Shown here piece after piece: positions 29,330-39,842 of a DNA stretch of 64,000 nucleotides. The notes beneath the pieces were generated by a model, which was given only the letters and a program-made list of their open reading frames with translations, was not told the origin of the DNA and did not search any database. The stretch comes from Candidatus Doudnabacteria bacterium (lineage in GTDB: Bacteria; Patescibacteriota; Doudnabacteria; UBA920). The stretch spans positions 510,305 through 574,304 of the forward strand of contig CAVYGQ010000001.1 in the NCBI GenBank assembly GCA_963768175.1, in the 5' to 3' direction. The translations under genes were made by a program, and so were the position numbers. Within the stretch, counting starts at the first letter, position 1, and the number at the start of each line of letters is the position of its first letter.

Positions 29330-29935
29330 TTACTTTGCCATTGACTCCCACTTGGTCTGCCGGATTTTTAACCTCGGGTCGGAAACCAGTAAATGCCAAA
29401 TTACCGCCTGAAAGCCTTCGGTGTGCGGGGTAATTTTGTCCGCTCCGGCCTCGGGCACCAAAACGCAGGCGTCCGCGACTTCGGCCGTATACCCGCCTTT
29501 GGGCCCGACAATCCCGCCGATTTTGCAGCCGACTGTCTTGCCGTATGCCAAAGCCTCAACCAGATTCGGGCTGATATTTTTTTCCTTGTTGCCGCCGCCG
29601 ACGGAAAAAACCAGCAGCATATCCTGGGACCGAAGTTTGCTGCCCTTGAGCCATTCCACAAACACGCTGGCCCAGCCTTCGTCGTTGACTCTAGCCGTAA
29701 GTTCGGAAGCGTTGTCCGTGGGCACATAAGTTTCTATGCCGCAAATCTTGCGGAAATCGCAGGACGCGTGTGAAGCATGCCCCGCTCCGCCGCCCACGCC
29801 CAAAATAAACAGACGCCCCCCCTTGCCACGCGTGTCCGCGAGCAAATTAATCAAGCTGTCAATGCTGGGCACGTCCAGTTTGGAAATAATTTCTGCCGAT
29901 TCCTGTAAATATTGTTTGATGAAATCTTGCGTCAT
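29330..29935 (-). CDS. SIS-domain sugar-phosphate isomerase (GmhA-like, divergent subfamily)
   Basis: LGVGGGAGHASHA, ELTARVNDEGW, SVGGG and TPHTEGFQ motifs. Confidence 0.85.
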   Translation of the reverse strand: MTQDFIKQYLQESAEIISKLDVPSIDSLINLLADTRGKGGRLFILGVGGGAGHASHASCDFRKICGIETYVPTDNASELTARVNDEGWASVFVEWLKGSKLRSQDMLLVFSVGGGNKEKNISPNLVEALAYGKTVGCKIGGIVGPKGGYTAEVADACVLVPEAGADKITPHTEGFQAVIWHLLVSDPRLKIRQTKWESMAK

Positions 29936-29939
29936 AAAT

Positions 29940-30986
29940 TTAAACCATTAATTTTTTAATTTTTTCCAACTTGTTACTTTTAGCGGAGCAGTATAAAGCT
30001 TCCAAAGCCAAAACGACTTCAACGTTGTCTTGGGCGCTGGCCAAAGGCTGACGCTTTAAAATAATTGCCTGTCTGAATTCCTTCCACTCTTCCTTCCAGG
30101 AAACATCTTCCCCGACAAACTCAAAAATTTCTTCCAAAGGCGCGCGCCCCTGCCCGACATCCGTGCCTAAGGTTAAAGTCTCTACCCCATAGCTTTTGCC
30201 CAGACCGTTGATAATCAAGTAGCCTTTGTTGCCGTAAATTTCAAAATTAAACCTGTTTTTCCACTGCGTCAGGCTGGCATGGAAAAAAACATTGGCGCCG
30301 CCGGCGGACTCCAAAAGGGCAAAAGAATTGTCCTCCAGCCGGCTTTTGTGCCAATATACATTCTTGTTGACGGCAAAAGCTGACTTAAACTTGCCCAAAA
30401 ACCAAAATGCCAAATCTATAATATGCACGCCTTGGTCAAACAATTCCCCTCCGGGGGAATATTTTTTTTGCATGCGCCACTCTAAATCGTAGCCTGGCCT
30501 GGCGCCATGGCCGTAAACGCTGCGGATGTACATGGCCTTGCCGATTTTACCGGCTTTGTAAAGTTCAAAAGCTTTTGCCACGGCCGGATGGTGGCGGTGG
30601 TTAAAGCCGACTTTTAAAATTTTGCCGCTCTTTTGGGCGGCCTTGCTTACGGCCAAGGCGTCCTTGGATAAACTGCCCAAAGGTTTTTCCACCAAAACAT
30701 TTTTTTTGGCCGCCAAAACTTTTAGCGCCAAGCCCAAATTAACATCGGTAGTGGCAGCAATAACCACGGCATCAACTTTGCTGTTGTTAAAAATGGCGCC
30801 TAAATCCCGGACGGCGGCCGCGTGGGCGGCATTAGCCAGGGCTTGAGCTTTTTTGAAATTGATGTCGTAAACTGCAACCACTCGGTCAGTTTTTAAATCT
30901 AAAATCGCCTGGACCCTTTTAGCCCCAATGTTGCCGGCGCCGATTATGGCGATGTTTAATTTACGGTTTTTTATCCCGTTAGGCAT
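29940..30986 (-). CDS. Gfo/Idh/MocA family oxidoreductase
   Basis: IIGAGNIG, VEKP, GFNHR and GGELFDQGVH motifs. Confidence 0.9.
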   Translation of the reverse strand: MPNGIKNRKLNIAIIGAGNIGAKRVQAILDLKTDRVVAVYDINFKKAQALANAAHAAAVRDLGAIFNNSKVDAVVIAATTDVNLGLALKVLAAKKNVLVEKPLGSLSKDALAVSKAAQKSGKILKVGFNHRHHPAVAKAFELYKAGKIGKAMYIRSVYGHGARPGYDLEWRMQKKYSPGGELFDQGVHIIDLAFWFLGKFKSAFAVNKNVYWHKSRLEDNSFALLESAGGANVFFHASLTQWKNRFNFEIYGNKGYLIINGLGKSYGVETLTLGTDVGQGRAPLEEIFEFVGEDVSWKEEWKEFRQAIILKRQPLASAQDNVEVVLALEALYCSAKSNKLEKIKKLMV

Positions 30987-31068
30987 ATAATTTTATGCGC
31001 GATTTATTAATCAAACTGCTTATTTTATCTGTCTTTGTTCCCCGATAAACGAAATGTCTAATGGGATT
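30972..31068. mobile_element. 97-bp IR cassette supplying a stop and a start codon
   Basis: Minus strand TG^AA-TCCCATTAGACAT...ATGCCTAACGGGA-TA; 11/13 IR, similar to the copies at 57304-57854. Confidence 0.7.
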
Positions 31069-31915
31069 CATAAAAATATTTGTTATCAATTCTCCTTAAA
31101 GTATAGCTCGAATTTCGATTAATTTCGTCCACTATTTTTTTGCTGAATGTTTTCCAACCGTCCCACTTGACGGATATCAACTTGCCGGTTAGGTTATGGG
31201 ATTTGGTGGAACATAAAAATAAAATCAGTTCCGCCGCCAGTTCGGCGGAATCTCCGCCGCTTTGCTTTTGTTTTAAGGCCGCGTAGAATTCGCTGTCCCC
31301 GGCTTTTTTGCCGGCTTTTAAAGTTTCTGCTAAAAACTTGGTGTTAATCGCCCCCGGCGCAATGGAGTTAACCTGAATATGGTATTTCTCGTACTCCCGC
31401 GCCAAATTTTCCGTCAGTCTGACTACCGCGGCTTTGGAAACGGCATAGGCGCTAAAATTCGGCCGCGGCTGTACTGCGCCGCCGCCCGACATATTAATAA
31501 TTTTCCCGCTTTTCTGTTTGGCCATTTTCGGCAATACCGCCATGGCCATATGCACCGTCCCTAAAAGGTTTATGGCAATTGTTTTTTGCCAATCCTTAGC
31601 CGAAACTTTAGCGGTCTCCCCCACCGGCCCCAATATTCCGGCGCAATTTACCAAAACGTCAACCCGTTTGAATTTGGATAAAACTTTTTTTACCGCCGCC
31701 CGGGCCTGCCGAAAATCTGAAACATCGGCAGCCACTGTCAAACAAGGGGAAATAGCCAATAAAATTTTTGCGGCCGTGTTTAATTTTGCGCGGCTGCGAC
31801 CAACTAAGGCCACAGACGCACCGGCTTTGGCAAAAGCCAAAGCCGCGGCCCAGCCGATGCCGCTGGCGCCTCCGGTTATTACCACAACTTTATTTTTAAA
31901 TTCTTTTCCCGTCAT
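31058..31915 (-). CDS. Short-chain dehydrogenase/reductase
   Basis: TGGASGIG, NCAG and YAVSK motifs. Confidence 0.92.
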   Translation of the reverse strand: MTGKEFKNKVVVITGGASGIGWAAALAFAKAGASVALVGRSRAKLNTAAKILLAISPCLTVAADVSDFRQARAAVKKVLSKFKRVDVLVNCAGILGPVGETAKVSAKDWQKTIAINLLGTVHMAMAVLPKMAKQKSGKIINMSGGGAVQPRPNFSAYAVSKAAVVRLTENLAREYEKYHIQVNSIAPGAINTKFLAETLKAGKKAGDSEFYAALKQKQSGGDSAELAAELILFLCSTKSHNLTGKLISVKWDGWKTFSKKIVDEINRNSSYTLRRIDNKYFYESH

Positions 31916-31919
31916 AATT

Positions 31920-32909
31920 TTAAATTTTGGAAATTACCTCCGCCCCCTCAAGGCTAAATTTATACGGCATTTGGGTCATGCCCGCGTGTTGCATAATTTT
32001 TATAAAACTCTCCCGTTCTTTGGGGACAAAAAACAAAAACAGCCCGCCACCGCCGCTGCCCATAATCTTCCCGCCTTCGGCGCCGTTTTTTAAGGCCAAA
32101 TCGTACAGTCCATCCAGCCACGGGTCCGACATTTTGGCGGAGATGGTTTTTTTGGTCAGCCAATGCTCGTGCAACAGTTTGCCGAAATTTTTTATGCTGC
32201 CTTTTTCCATTTCGGCTTTCAGCTGCCGGCCAATGTCTTTAATTTTGAGCATGGCGGTTTCCGTCTGCGAGCCGCTGATTTTGGCTTTTTCACTTTGCTC
32301 CTGCAGAATGCTGACGGTGTCGTGCTTTTGATGGGTATAAAAAATTAAGGTTTTTTGCTCCAACTCGCTAATTAACTCTTGGCTGAAATTTGGCCGCCTG
32401 ACTTCCACTTTTCCATTTTTTTCTATTTCCATTTCCACAAACCCGCCAAAAGCAGCTAAATATTGGTCCTGCTTGCCCACTGGCTTATTTAAAATATCCA
32501 CTTCTATATGGTAAGCCAGCTCGGCCAAATCCTGCGGCCCAATGTCCTTTCCCTGCCAAGCGTACAAAGCTTTTAACAAACCGACAATATAACTGCCCGA
32601 AGAGCCCATGCCGGTGCCGGGAGGCAAATCTGCAAACGAGACAATTTCCATTCCCTGGGCCGGGATTTGCACGGCTTTTAAAGATTCCCTGGCTAAATCG
32701 TGCTTAACTTCCTCCAGAGTATTGGCAACTTCGGCATCGGAGTGAGTTACGCGGATTAAATTTTCCACCGCGGACTTGTTTAGCCCAATGTACAGATATT
32801 TGTCTATGGTGGCGCTGAACAAAAACCCGCCGTGCTTTTGATAAAAAGCCGGTAAATCCGTGCCCCCGCCGCCTAGGGGGATCCTAAAAGGCGTTCGTGT
32901 AATAATCAT
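31920..32909 (-). CDS. GHMP sugar kinase, HddA-like (second copy)
   Basis: TPFRIPLGGGGTD, GMGSSG, GKQDQY and GSGGGG motifs. Confidence 0.9.
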   Translation of the reverse strand: MIITRTPFRIPLGGGGTDLPAFYQKHGGFLFSATIDKYLYIGLNKSAVENLIRVTHSDAEVANTLEEVKHDLARESLKAVQIPAQGMEIVSFADLPPGTGMGSSGSYIVGLLKALYAWQGKDIGPQDLAELAYHIEVDILNKPVGKQDQYLAAFGGFVEMEIEKNGKVEVRRPNFSQELISELEQKTLIFYTHQKHDTVSILQEQSEKAKISGSQTETAMLKIKDIGRQLKAEMEKGSIKNFGKLLHEHWLTKKTISAKMSDPWLDGLYDLALKNGAEGGKIMGSGGGGLFLFFVPKERESFIKIMQHAGMTQMPYKFSLEGAEVISKI

Positions 32910-33619
32910 TTGCCGATAAAATATTGGTTAGCTTTTTCTAAATATTCCAAAGTATCCACCCCAAATAATGCTTCTTTAGGGTCAATAATGTAGGCCTGAA
33001 GTGGCATTTGCTGTTTTAACATTTCGGGAAAAACTTCTTTGCCAAAATCATAAAACCGATTTTCGGGAATAAGCTTAAATATTTCCGGCGTGCATTTGTA
33101 AACCCCGCCGTTTACGTAAGGGATTTCGGGCCGGCTGATGCCTTCGTAAAAGCCGGTTATTAAACCGTCGCTGACTTCCACTACCCCGCCGGCCGCGCCG
33201 CTGTTGGGGTTAACCGTCCGATCAAACAATAATACGGAACACGCGGACTTTAGAGGCTGATTCGCAATTCCCAAAAAATCCAGATCAAAAACATTGTCGC
33301 CGTAAACCACTAAAAATTCTCTTTCGTCCGTAAACTCGTCTTCAACTTTTTTTAAGCCTCCAGCAGTGCCCAAAATTTCCGGTTCAAAAGAATATTTTAT
33401 TTCAACGCCCCACTTGCCGCCGTTGCCAAAATAATTCGGCACCGCCTCCGGAAAATAATGGGTGTTAATTACCAAATCCCCGACGCCGGCCTTTTTTAGC
33501 TGGCCAATGGTCCGCTCCAAAATTTTTTTGCCCCCGACCTCCAACATAACTTTGGGCTGGCTTTCAGTAAGAGGCCGAAGGCGCGTGCCCAAACCAGCGG
33601 CTAAAATAAAAGCTTTCAT
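32906..33619 (-). CDS. Sugar-1-phosphate nucleotidyltransferase (HddC/GCD1-like)
   Basis: ILAAGLGTRLRPLT...PK, EPEILGTAG and YGD motifs. Confidence 0.9.
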   Translation of the reverse strand: MKAFILAAGLGTRLRPLTESQPKVMLEVGGKKILERTIGQLKKAGVGDLVINTHYFPEAVPNYFGNGGKWGVEIKYSFEPEILGTAGGLKKVEDEFTDEREFLVVYGDNVFDLDFLGIANQPLKSACSVLLFDRTVNPNSGAAGGVVEVSDGLITGFYEGISRPEIPYVNGGVYKCTPEIFKLIPENRFYDFGKEVFPEMLKQQMPLQAYIIDPKEALFGVDTLEYLEKANQYFIGK

Positions 33620-34557
33620 TTTCCTGATACGTACTGCTTAATGTAATCTATACTTTCCTGCAATCCCTGCTCCAAAGAGGTTTTCGGCTCCCAGCCAAGC
33701 GCTTTGGCCTTGGTAATATCCGCCAAATTTTCCTGGGCTTCGCCTTCCAAATTAGGCTTAAATTCCGGTTCCAATTTACTGCCAATTAACCTTTGGATGA
33801 TTTGGAAAATTTCCAAAACGGAAACATTTTTCCCGGTGCCCAAATTATATACCTGGCCGTTGGTTCGGTCGTCGTCCATGGCTAACATATGAAAGTCGTT
33901 TATGTCGTCCACATAAATAAAATCGCGGCGTTTGCTGCCGTCGCCGTAAATTACCGGCCTTTCGCCCTTTAAAAGTTTGATAATAAAGGCGGAAAACACC
34001 GGCGGAATGCTGCGGCGGTAATCCTGCCTTGGCCCATATACATTAAAATAACGCAGGGCCGTGGTTTTTATCCCGGAAAAACGTTCAAAGCCTTGGGCAA
34101 AATATTTGGAAGCCATTTTGGCGCAGGCGTAAAAACTTTCCGGATGCTCGTCCTCTTCCGGGGTTGGTAAAATTTTACTGCCTTCGTAAATGGCGGAACT
34201 TTCCGCGTAAATTACCTTCCTGACTTTAGCGGCTACGGCGGCGACAAAAATGTTTACCGTACCGGTCACGTTAATGTCCGCGGTCTCTACGGGATCTTTT
34301 TGGCAATCGGAAATAGAATTTTTCGCGGCCATATGGAAAACCGTATCCACGCCTTTAAATACCGGATAAATATCTTTGGAGCGGATATCCAATTTGTAAA
34401 ACTTGACGCCCTGGGGAATTTGCTCTTTTGGCCCGTAAGCTAAATTATCTATCCCCAAAACTTCATAGCCTTCTTTTAAAAGCCGGTCTGCCAAATTGCT
34501 GCCGATGAATCCGGCCACTCCTGTAATTAATACTTTTTTTGGCATAAATTTAAGCAA
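33616..34557 (-). CDS. NAD-dependent sugar epimerase/dehydratase
   Basis: TGVAGFIGS, YACAK and RYFNVYGPRQ motifs. Confidence 0.92.
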   Translation of the reverse strand: MLKFMPKKVLITGVAGFIGSNLADRLLKEGYEVLGIDNLAYGPKEQIPQGVKFYKLDIRSKDIYPVFKGVDTVFHMAAKNSISDCQKDPVETADINVTGTVNIFVAAVAAKVRKVIYAESSAIYEGSKILPTPEEDEHPESFYACAKMASKYFAQGFERFSGIKTTALRYFNVYGPRQDYRRSIPPVFSAFIIKLLKGERPVIYGDGSKRRDFIYVDDINDFHMLAMDDDRTNGQVYNLGTGKNVSVLEIFQIIQRLIGSKLEPEFKPNLEGEAQENLADITKAKALGWEPKTSLEQGLQESIDYIKQYVSGK

Positions 34558-34623
34558 TAAATCTAATGAAAACTAACTAATCTTACCATAAATTAGCCGG
34601 ATTCACAAACAAGGCGACCGTTT

Positions 34624-35265
34624 TTATTTTACAATTTCCAATATTTCTTTTAAACTTTTTGCCTCGTAAAATGCCGGTTTTTTAAAATTTTTATCAGCGG
34701 CGGGATATTTGTAATCCTTATTATATTCTGTGCGGATAAAAATATTTTTTGTGCCCGCGGCAATCCCCGCTTCCATATCCTTGCCCGAATCTCCCACCGT
34801 GTAGCATTCCGCCAAATCCAAATGATAATCTTTGGCCGCATCCAAAAGCAACCCGGGTTTCGGCTTGCGGCAATTGCAGTTGTCGGCTTTATCATGCGGA
34901 CAGACATAAATTGCATCTATGGCCGGGATGTTGGTCTTTAAAAAATCATTCATTCTCATCAGTTCTTCCCAGCTCATCTTTTTCCGTGCCACGTCCGGCT
35001 GGTTGGTATGGACAATATTCAGCCACCCGCGCATTTTCAGCTCGTTTAAAACTTCCGCAGCGCCGGCCACCAGCTTGAAATCCTCAAATTTTTGCGGGCC
35101 GACGTTTTTTTCACCATCAAAGGGCCTAAACGCCAAAACGTGGTTTAGCACGCCGTCGCGATCCCAGAGAATTGCTTTACCCCGCCCCACTTTTCCCAAA
35201 TTTTTGTTTATACCCATAAAATATTTTTTTGATTTATTAAACTCCCAAATTGAAATCTCTTCCAT
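34624..35265 (-). CDS. gmhB: HAD-IIIA sugar bisphosphate phosphatase, GmhB-like
   Basis: DRDGVLN, TNQPD, CPH...CNCRKPKPG and VGD motifs. Confidence 0.85.
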   Translation of the reverse strand: MEEISIWEFNKSKKYFMGINKNLGKVGRGKAILWDRDGVLNHVLAFRPFDGEKNVGPQKFEDFKLVAGAAEVLNELKMRGWLNIVHTNQPDVARKKMSWEELMRMNDFLKTNIPAIDAIYVCPHDKADNCNCRKPKPGLLLDAAKDYHLDLAECYTVGDSGKDMEAGIAAGTKNIFIRTEYNKDYKYPAADKNFKKPAFYEAKSLKEILEIVK

Positions 35266-35282
35266 AAAAAGTGGGGCGGGGT

Positions 35283-36506
35283 TTATTCATAATAAAACTT
35301 CCTTATAAAATTATACGTCTTGGGAAATTTAAGGGTAAATAATTTCCCCCAAAAAAACGGCATGGCTTTTAAATTATGCCAATATAAAATTATATAACCC
35401 TTAACTTTACCGAAAAAAGTGTTGTGGTAATACCTTTGGCAGGCCGCCGCAAAATCCGCGTTAATTTTTTTGCTCCATTTTTCCATGCCAAAAATTTCCA
35501 GCGCCCTAGAGCGCGCCAGCTGCCCCATAGACCGAATTTGATTCTTATGCTCCACCACCCATTTCATATTTTCAAAATAAGCGTCAACATCGCCGGCCTC
35601 GCACCAGCGCGCAAACGACGGGTCAAGCAAGTCCAAATGGTCGTTGTGTACGGGCGATTTGTGGGTTAAAATCGGATTGCCAGCCAGCATAGCTTCGGCT
35701 ATTGCTATTCCGACGGTCTCGCCGTCCTTGCGGGCATGGGCCAGCACGTCTATTTCATGGTAAAACTCCGCCAGCTTGTTGAAATCGGTAATTGCCGGGC
35801 GGAACTCCATATTTTTTACGCCCAGCTCTAATGCCAACTTTTTCCAAGCCGGCGGCGGGCAAACCACAATGTATTTTACCTTATCTCCATAAGTTTCCTC
35901 GAGTTTTTTAAAAGCCTTTAGCGCAATAGGGTCAAAAATATCATCATTCCCCCGGCCAATACGGCCAAATACGACCGTGCCCGAAACCAGGGGCTTATTT
36001 AAAATTTCCGGGGAATAATCGGTAAGCGGGTTAAAAAACCATTCCACATTTTCCACTCCCCGGCTCTTTATCCTTTCTCGGTTGCCCCGGCCCGAAACAT
36101 AAACTTTGTAAACATTGCCATTGCTAAAATAATGCCCGAACGGCGAAACTAAAACCAGCGGGATGCCGGCCGGGATTCTGTTTATGGGAAATTGGTAATG
36201 GGCGAACACGGGAGTATGAACGCACTGAATTGAATATTTTTTTATGATTTGGCTCAAAGTTGGCATCATATTTAAACAGCGGAACGGCTCGCGCTCCTGC
36301 CTTTTGGAAAAACTAAACGGCACCAATATCACTCCGGCGGCTTCCAACTCTTTAGCCTCCTGCTCGTCGCGGTTTGGCCCATGGGCAAAAAATACCCGAA
36401 AGTTTGGGGCTAAAATTTTTGCTATCTGGCGCTCAAGTTTTTGCGTGCTACCGTAAAAAAATCCCTGCTCGTCAAAAATTAAAATGTTAGGTTTTAGCAT
36501 CTTCAA
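35283..36506 (-). CDS. Glycosyltransferase family 4-like
   Basis: GETVGIAIAEAM (EX7E) motif. Confidence 0.82.
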   Translation of the reverse strand: MKMLKPNILIFDEQGFFYGSTQKLERQIAKILAPNFRVFFAHGPNRDEQEAKELEAAGVILVPFSFSKRQEREPFRCLNMMPTLSQIIKKYSIQCVHTPVFAHYQFPINRIPAGIPLVLVSPFGHYFSNGNVYKVYVSGRGNRERIKSRGVENVEWFFNPLTDYSPEILNKPLVSGTVVFGRIGRGNDDIFDPIALKAFKKLEETYGDKVKYIVVCPPPAWKKLALELGVKNMEFRPAITDFNKLAEFYHEIDVLAHARKDGETVGIAIAEAMLAGNPILTHKSPVHNDHLDLLDPSFARWCEAGDVDAYFENMKWVVEHKNQIRSMGQLARSRALEIFGMEKWSKKINADFAAACQRYYHNTFFGKVKGYIILYWHNLKAMPFFWGKLFTLKFPKTYNFIRKFYYE

Positions 36507-37341
36507 TCTCGGCTAAAATTTGTTTTTTACCTTTCTGATATTCCGCTTCCTCTTTTTCAACTGTAATACCATGTTCCAACTCATACATCCTGGTAGCCAC
36601 CATAAGCCGGAAAAACATAAATAACATACCGTTAAGCAAACCAATCTTGCCTAGCCTCCAGCCGCCTTTTAAATAAAATATGCGGAAATAGTTTAACATA
36701 CTGCCAAAAGTATAACGCAGGCTGAATTTGCGTACGCCGTTTTCAAATTTATACTTGGCCGCCTCATTGGCGTAGCGCATGTGGCCTTGGATAAACCGGT
36801 TCAAATCATACAGGCTAAAATGGTAAACTGCCGCCCGCTCGTCATAAGGCAGCGCCAAGTCCTCTTCCGGCTTGCCCAAAAAAGTCCCTAAATTATGGAT
36901 ATAATTGCCTTTAAAGGTTACATATTCCTTGATGAAAAAGCATGGATATTTGGCCCGCAACATGACATGGTGAAAGTCTCCCCACATATAAGTATAAACC
37001 GGCAAAAATACCCGCTTGTAAAAACTCTGGCGCGACAGCTCCACCATTTTATCCAGCAATTTTTTAGTCAGCAAATTGTCTACCCAGCCGTAATACATCC
37101 ATTCTGTCTTGCATAAAGTTTTGGCAAAATCCAAAACTTCTTCCGTATCCGCATAAGGCTTGTCGCTTTTAGGCCGCAAGTAAAATTTGGCGCCGAATTT
37201 TTCCGCCACTTCTTTGGTATTGTCCGTGCTGCCGCCGTCTAAAATAATAACTTCTCCATATTTTGTCAAGTTGCGAATAGCATACTCTATTCGGAACGCT
37301 TCGTTATACGCTGCTAAAAAAAACGTGATATTACTTTGCAT
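36487..37341 (-). CDS. Glycosyltransferase family 2
   Basis: AYNE and DGGSTDNT motifs; beta-1,4-glucosyltransferase-like C-terminus. Confidence 0.85.
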   Translation of the reverse strand: MQSNITFFLAAYNEAFRIEYAIRNLTKYGEVIILDGGSTDNTKEVAEKFGAKFYLRPKSDKPYADTEEVLDFAKTLCKTEWMYYGWVDNLLTKKLLDKMVELSRQSFYKRVFLPVYTYMWGDFHHVMLRAKYPCFFIKEYVTFKGNYIHNLGTFLGKPEEDLALPYDERAAVYHFSLYDLNRFIQGHMRYANEAAKYKFENGVRKFSLRYTFGSMLNYFRIFYLKGGWRLGKIGLLNGMLFMFFRLMVATRMYELEHGITVEKEEAEYQKGKKQILAEIEDAKT

Positions 37342-38560
37342 TATTATATTGTTTTAAAAATTCTGTAACCTTGTCCGTCATATATTTTATTTTATCGGCA
37401 GAACTCCCTGATGACACCCCAAAACCATGCCGGTTTTCATAATTCGCTCGGTATTGGGATATTCTTTCTGTGCCAGCCGGCGGGGAATTTTTTTAAAGCC
37501 GGGCTGCTTTAAAATATTGCCCGTAAAAATCGGGCGGGTTTGGATATTGGAATTCTCCAAAAATGTTACTAAGTCAAAACGCGAAAACGGGGCGGAAAAT
37601 TTTATGATTATGGGAAAAGACAGCCAGACGGTATCGGCGTTTTCCGTAGTTTTGGGTAAGATAAAATATTTTTCGTATTTTTGGAAAAATCGGTATAACC
37701 GGTTAAAGCTGTCTTTTCGGATTTTAGCGAACTTTGGCAGTCTTTTCAGCTGCTCCAGGGCAAAGGCTGAAGAAATTTCCAGAGGCAAAAAATTGTAGCC
37801 AATTTCGCTAAAAATAAATTTATTATCATACGGCACACCGCCGATCTTGCTTCTGAAACGATTAGCTAAAATTTCCGAATTTTGTTTCTCGCCAAAAAGG
37901 GACGACTGCCGCCCCAGCCGCGCAATACTACCAAACGATCCGCCCAAGCTGGATTGTTAACGCAGACCATTCCCCCGCCACCAGCCCCGTTTATGATATG
38001 CGAACCATAAAAACTGGTAGTGGTAATGTCGGAATATCTACCAGTTGGCCGGCCGGCAAATTAACCGCCCAGGGTGTCGCAGGAGTCCTCAATAAAAAAC
38101 AATTTGTGTTTTTTTGCAATGGCAGCCAAGCGCTTCATGTTGGGATGTTTCCCAACAGGGAAGGTATCATCAACGCGCGGGTTTTTTTGGTAATGGCCTT
38201 TTCTAATTGTTCAATATTTATTAAATAGGTGTTTAAATCCACATCCACAAAAACCGGTACCAGTCCTTTTTGAATTATCGGAGCTACTGCAGTTGAAAAA
38301 GTCAGTAATGGTGTAATTACTTCGCTGCCCTTGGGCAATTGAAGCAATTCAAATGCAAGCAAATTTGCCGAAGAACCACGATCGACCATAATCCCGTAAT
38401 TTTTCTGAAAAATTTTGGCAATTTTTTTTTCAAACAGCTTGGTTCTGTTTCCCAAAGCGGTATTGTCTTTTAATACTCCCACAACGGCATTAATTTCCTC
38501 TTTACCGTGGACAGATAACGCATACGGTACACGCATATTTTGTAATTTTTTTTTCGGCAT
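37331..38560 (-). CDS. DegT/DnrJ-fold RfbH/ColD-like NDP-4-keto-6-deoxysugar 3-dehydratase, split by several frameshifts
   Basis: GSSANLLA, GSEVITP, SFYGSHII (His at the PLP-lysine position), IGYN and IQTRPIFTGN motifs, spread across ORFs 38135..38560 and 37387..37947. Confidence 0.75.
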
Positions 38561-38725
38561 GGATATAATTAATTAGTAATATTTTTAATTGTCTTTATTA
38601 TAACTACTTTATCGTTATTTAGCAAAAGGGCGGACTTGTATCCAACCTTATTAACCAATTATATAATTTCCCTCTCCCAGTTGAATGAATTGCTCTTATC
38701 AAAAGAATTTAACTCTGCCCAAACT

Positions 38726-39748
38726 TTAATGAAACCGGAAATTGTCATCAAGCCTGCCTTTACTTTGCAAATCTTGAATTGTTTGCAAACGGAAGTAGCG
38801 CGGTTTCAGCCATTCTTCCTTGGTCAGGCCGTGGTTTATATAAGCCTCGTACAACTCCGCAATCCCCTTACGCAATGTCCATTGAGGATTATAGCCAGGT
38901 AACGTGGTTTCAATTTTTTTAAAACTTACTCGATAATTACGCAAATCAGCTGAAGCGCCAGGTGAAAATGCCACCGATGAATTTGGAACTATCTCGGCTA
39001 CTATCTCGGCCACATCTCGTATACGAAAATTCTCACCGGTACGGCCTACATTAAATGCCTGATTATGCACAAGAGCGATAGGCGCTGTTAGACAACATTT
39101 AAAGGCATCTATAATATCAGCAATATGGACGAGTGGCCGCCAGGCGCTGCCATCGCTTTTAAGGAGCACTTTTCCTTCTGTCACGGCGTATCCAACTAGG
39201 TTATTCACAACAAGGTCGGCGCGCAAGCGGCGGGAAACTCCGTAAGCTGTAGAATTGCGCAAGTATACAGGGCTAAACTTACTGTCGGCCAGCTTGGATA
39301 GCGCCTGCTCAACCAGGACTTTCGACTGTCCATACTCAGTGACCGGATTAAAAACAGCTTCTTCGTTAACATAGCCGCCTGCACTTGCACCGTAGAGGCT
39401 ACAGGAAGAGGCAAAAAGAAATCGCGTTACCCCGGCCTTTTTGGCTGCACGGGCAAGCTTCATTGAAGCATCAAAATTTATCTGAGTGGTTATTGGCGGT
39501 TTTAGCCTGCCCAAAGGGTCACTAGACAGCGCAGCCAGATGGATTACCGCGTCAAAACCCTTACAATGTTCAAATGTTACATCGCGCAAGTCAATGTTAT
39601 ACTCTGTAATTTTATCCGGAGGGTTGATAAAATCACAACCGTCGTAATAACCTACGTCCAGCCCTACTATCTCGTGTCCCGCAGCACGCAAGGCTGAAAC
39701 CATTTCAACACCGATATAACCCCTATGGCCAGTAATCAATATTCTCAT
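38726..39748 (-). CDS. NAD-dependent epimerase/dehydratase (SDR extended)
   Basis: TGHRGYIG, HLAALS, SSCSLYG and YGQSK motifs. Confidence 0.9.
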   Translation of the reverse strand: MRILITGHRGYIGVEMVSALRAAGHEIVGLDVGYYDGCDFINPPDKITEYNIDLRDVTFEHCKGFDAVIHLAALSSDPLGRLKPPITTQINFDASMKLARAAKKAGVTRFLFASSCSLYGASAGGYVNEEAVFNPVTEYGQSKVLVEQALSKLADSKFSPVYLRNSTAYGVSRRLRADLVVNNLVGYAVTEGKVLLKSDGSAWRPLVHIADIIDAFKCCLTAPIALVHNQAFNVGRTGENFRIRDVAEIVAEIVPNSSVAFSPGASADLRNYRVSFKKIETTLPGYNPQWTLRKGIAELYEAYINHGLTKEEWLKPRYFRLQTIQDLQSKGRLDDNFRFH

Positions 39749-39842
39749 TTTGCCGGTTTTAATTATAAATAATTTTATTTGACTTTTAGTTTAAGTTTGA
39801 AAATTTTAGGCAGAGGCTGTTAATTGCAAGCCAAACTTACAA

